Source: a virus (lineage: Duplodnaviria; Caudoviricetes). Taken from it: 37,949 nt of DNA. The stretch spans positions 1 through 37,949 of the IMG/VR virus record IMGVR_UViG_3300049173_000066; one strand, given 5' to 3'. Position 1 is the stretch's first letter. Every line of letters starts with the position of its first letter. The notes under the pieces were generated by a model, which was given only the letters and a program-made list of their open reading frames with translations, was not told the DNA's origin and searched no databases. Shown here piece after piece: positions 35,622 to 37,949 of this stretch. Made by a program: the position numbers and the translations under genes.

Positions 35622-37925
35622 TCAGGTGGCCGGGGTCTCGCCCGGCTCGGGGGTGGGTCCGAGTCCGTACATGCCGCGGTGCTCGGCGCCACGCTTCGGG
35701 CTGCGGTGGATCTTCTCGGCCTTGACCAGCTTGGACAGGGTGTTCTCGAGGGTGGAGGGGTTGAGCTTGGTGAGGCTGACGATCTGGTCCTTGTGGACGT
35801 AGTTGACCGCGAGGCCGAGCGGGTCGGAGACGTCCTGGAGGACTTCGAGGATCTTGTCTTCGGCGCTGGCGGTCTTCGCGGGGGCGAGGCCGAGGCCGGT
35901 GAAGAGCATGCCGCTGTCGCCGGGCGCGAAGCTGTCCCCACCGGGGGCGCCTGCGTCTTCTTCTTCGGCCAGCAGGGAGGCGACCAGAGCGTGCCGGTTC
36001 TCCCAGCCGGGCCAGTCGAAGGGGACGGCGATGCGGTCGGTGTCGATGTAGGGCGTCGCGTCCTCGAGATCGAAGGTGCGGCCCATGGCGCAGATGCCGT
36101 CGGTGGTCATGAAGTAGCCGAGGCCGAACGTGGATTCGGGGTCCTGGATGTGGACGTCGTCGGTGTAGACGAGGGTGCCGTCATCGTCTCCGGTCCAGGT
36201 GGCGGGGATGTCGGCGGGGTTGACGCTCTCCATGCCGGGGGGCAGGTCGATGAGGTGACGCTGGGATGAGTCGGACCGCAGCATGATGGATCCGCCGGAG
36301 CCGACGATGTTGTCGCGGATGGCGGAGTCGCCGCCGATTTCGGCGAGCTGGATGATCTGGTTGGCGAGGACTTCGGATGTCCCGAGGGAGCGGCCCTTTT
36401 TGGCGATCTGGCCGACCGCACCGGTGGCGCGCTTGCGGTGGCGGGCCTTCTCGCCGAGCAGGGTGGATGCCTCGTCGAGGATGAACACGACGTGGGGCAT
36501 CACCGACGGATCGAAGTTCTTCAGCTTCAGCTGGCCGGTGAGGTCGATGCGGTGGTTGACGAGGGCTTCCGCGAGGAGGAGGGCTCCCATGGCGCCGTCC
36601 TCGCCGAGCCCGGTGTAGGCGGCCATTGCCTCGATGGCGGGGTTGGAGGAGCCCTTGGGGTCGGCGTAGATGATGACGGCGCCGGCGAGGTGGGCGGCCA
36701 GGGCGATGAGCTGGAGGACGCCGCCTTTGCCGGATCCGGTGACGCCGGAGATCAGGAGGTGGCGGGCGCCGAGCTTCGGGTCGAGAAGCTGGGCGCGGAC
36801 GGGGCGGCCGGAGACGGCGCGGCCGATGCGGAAGTAGCCGCCGTCTGAGGGCAGGAGGGCCTTCGGGCCGGGGAAGGGGATGCCCGCGCGGAGGGGGTTT
36901 TCCTGCATGAGGCGGACGACGGCGGTGCGGGGGTTGGTGCCGGGTTCGTAGGACAGCAGGATGTGGCTGGTGCGGAGGGCGCCGACGAGGTCGCGCATGT
37001 TGGGGGTGGGGAGGGAATCAGTGTCCTCGTTGGCGACGACGCGGGCGACCTCGCCGCCGGTGTTGGGGTCGGGCTGGACTTCTTCGAGGTGGGTGCCGGA
37101 CATGATGCCGCCGGAGCGGGCGGCGTACTTCTTCCATGCCCCGGCGAGGGTGGTGGGGTCGAGTTCGGCGGGCTGGGTGAGGTTGACGGTGATGTGGCGT
37201 TCGCCTTCGTGGGCGCCGGGCCGGAAGGTGATCCAGTCGACGGGGACCTGGTAGACGGAGGAGACGGTCTCCTTGGTGACGCTGACGCTGGTGCCGACGG
37301 GGGCGGTGATAGTGCCGGTCCAGCGGGTGGGGCCGATGGTGCGGACGTCGAGGTCCTGGCCTTTGTGGGTGCCGTTGTCGTGGTTGGAGATGACCTGGTA
37401 CCAGCGGTAGGCGATCTGCTTGGCGGGTGTGGTGACTGCTTCGGCTGCGGGTGTGCCCGGTGGGGCCGCCACGAGGGTCTTCGGCTTGTGCTGTCGACCG
37501 AGGACCTTGCGGAGCTTCCACGGGACGAGAGCGGTGGCGGCCCACCAGCCGAGGGAGACGATGCCGGGGACGGACGGGGGGTTGAGGATGCCGGCCATCA
37601 GGGCGTCGGTTCCTTCGGGGCCCATGAGGGTTCCGATACCGAGGGCCATCCCGGTGGTGAGCGTGCTGATGAACAGCGGGGACCGGTGGGCGCGCAGCAC
37701 GTCTCCGGCGGGGAGCTGGTCGATGAGGCTGTTCGGGAGCCGGTTCATGTAGTTCGCGGCGAGGAAGCCTGCGGTGCCGCCGTAAGTGACGGCGGCCGTG
37801 AATGCGGCGCCGCCATCGAGGAACGGGGCGAGTACGCCGACGCTGATGGGGGCGGCGGAGGTGACGATGGCGATGGCGCGTTCGGTTGAGGCGGCGCGGG
37901 GGCTGGTGGTGGCGGTGCTGCTCAC
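35622..37925 (-). CDS. TraB/FtsK-SpoIIIE-like DNA translocase
   Basis: N-terminal TM helices, Walker A GVTGSGKG, DPKG, Walker B FILDEA, KGRSLG, C-terminal winged-helix-like region; AAGGAG SD. Confidence 0.82.
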   Translation of the reverse strand: MSSTATTSPRAASTERAIAIVTSAAPISVGVLAPFLDGGAAFTAAVTYGGTAGFLAANYMNRLPNSLIDQLPAGDVLRAHRSPLFISTLTTGMALGIGTLMGPEGTDALMAGILNPPSVPGIVSLGWWAATALVPWKLRKVLGRQHKPKTLVAAPPGTPAAEAVTTPAKQIAYRWYQVISNHDNGTHKGQDLDVRTIGPTRWTGTITAPVGTSVSVTKETVSSVYQVPVDWITFRPGAHEGERHITVNLTQPAELDPTTLAGAWKKYAARSGGIMSGTHLEEVQPDPNTGGEVARVVANEDTDSLPTPNMRDLVGALRTSHILLSYEPGTNPRTAVVRLMQENPLRAGIPFPGPKALLPSDGGYFRIGRAVSGRPVRAQLLDPKLGARHLLISGVTGSGKGGVLQLIALAAHLAGAVIIYADPKGSSNPAIEAMAAYTGLGEDGAMGALLLAEALVNHRIDLTGQLKLKNFDPSVMPHVVFILDEASTLLGEKARHRKRATGAVGQIAKKGRSLGTSEVLANQIIQLAEIGGDSAIRDNIVGSGGSIMLRSDSSQRHLIDLPPGMESVNPADIPATWTGDDDGTLVYTDDVHIQDPESTFGLGYFMTTDGICAMGRTFDLEDATPYIDTDRIAVPFDWPGWENRHALVASLLAEEEDAGAPGGDSFAPGDSGMLFTGLGLAPAKTASAEDKILEVLQDVSDPLGLAVNYVHKDQIVSLTKLNPSTLENTLSKLVKAEKIHRSPKRGAEHRGMYGLGPTPEPGETPAT

Positions 37926-37949
37926 GGCGGGCTCCTTGCGGGCGGGCGG

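Larger units (their letters stand above)
1..37949 (-). mobile_element. Siphovirus-type prophage / phage-conjugative hybrid element (partial; both ends outside window)
   Basis: Ordered terminase-portal-scaffold-capsid-tail-lysis module with many ATGA/GTGA overlaps; tyrosine recombinase at left, TraB-like ATPase at right; no att site recognised. Confidence 0.93.

Overview
GC-rich, Streptomyces-type siphovirus prophage or phage-plasmid hybrid; neither end of the element is inside the window. Almost all genes are on the minus strand. Read right to left: TraB/FtsK-like DNA translocase, RapZ-C-like protein and membrane-anchored Mrr-type nuclease; terminase, portal, scaffold, decoration and major capsid genes; head-tail and tail genes (with a -1 frameshift chaperone and a 1534-aa tape measure); lysis cassette and collagen-like fibre; small accessory genes; a Cre-like tyrosine recombinase coupled to a degenerate recombinase/IS5-N fusion that runs off the left edge. 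Two features stand out. (1) The large terminase holds a 368-aa intein whose zinc-finger/HNH homing endonuclease is encoded in a different, overlapping reading frame. (2) A tnpA-less TnpB with intact RuvC motifs sits back-to-back with an orphan Phd/YefM-like gene across Phd-type TGTACA palindromes, and its predicted guide matches a site in the phage gene on the other side of the cassette. Also seen: a fully nested basic gene and a 14-bp motif repeated upstream of three head genes. Family names come from motif recognition by eye; no database search was run.
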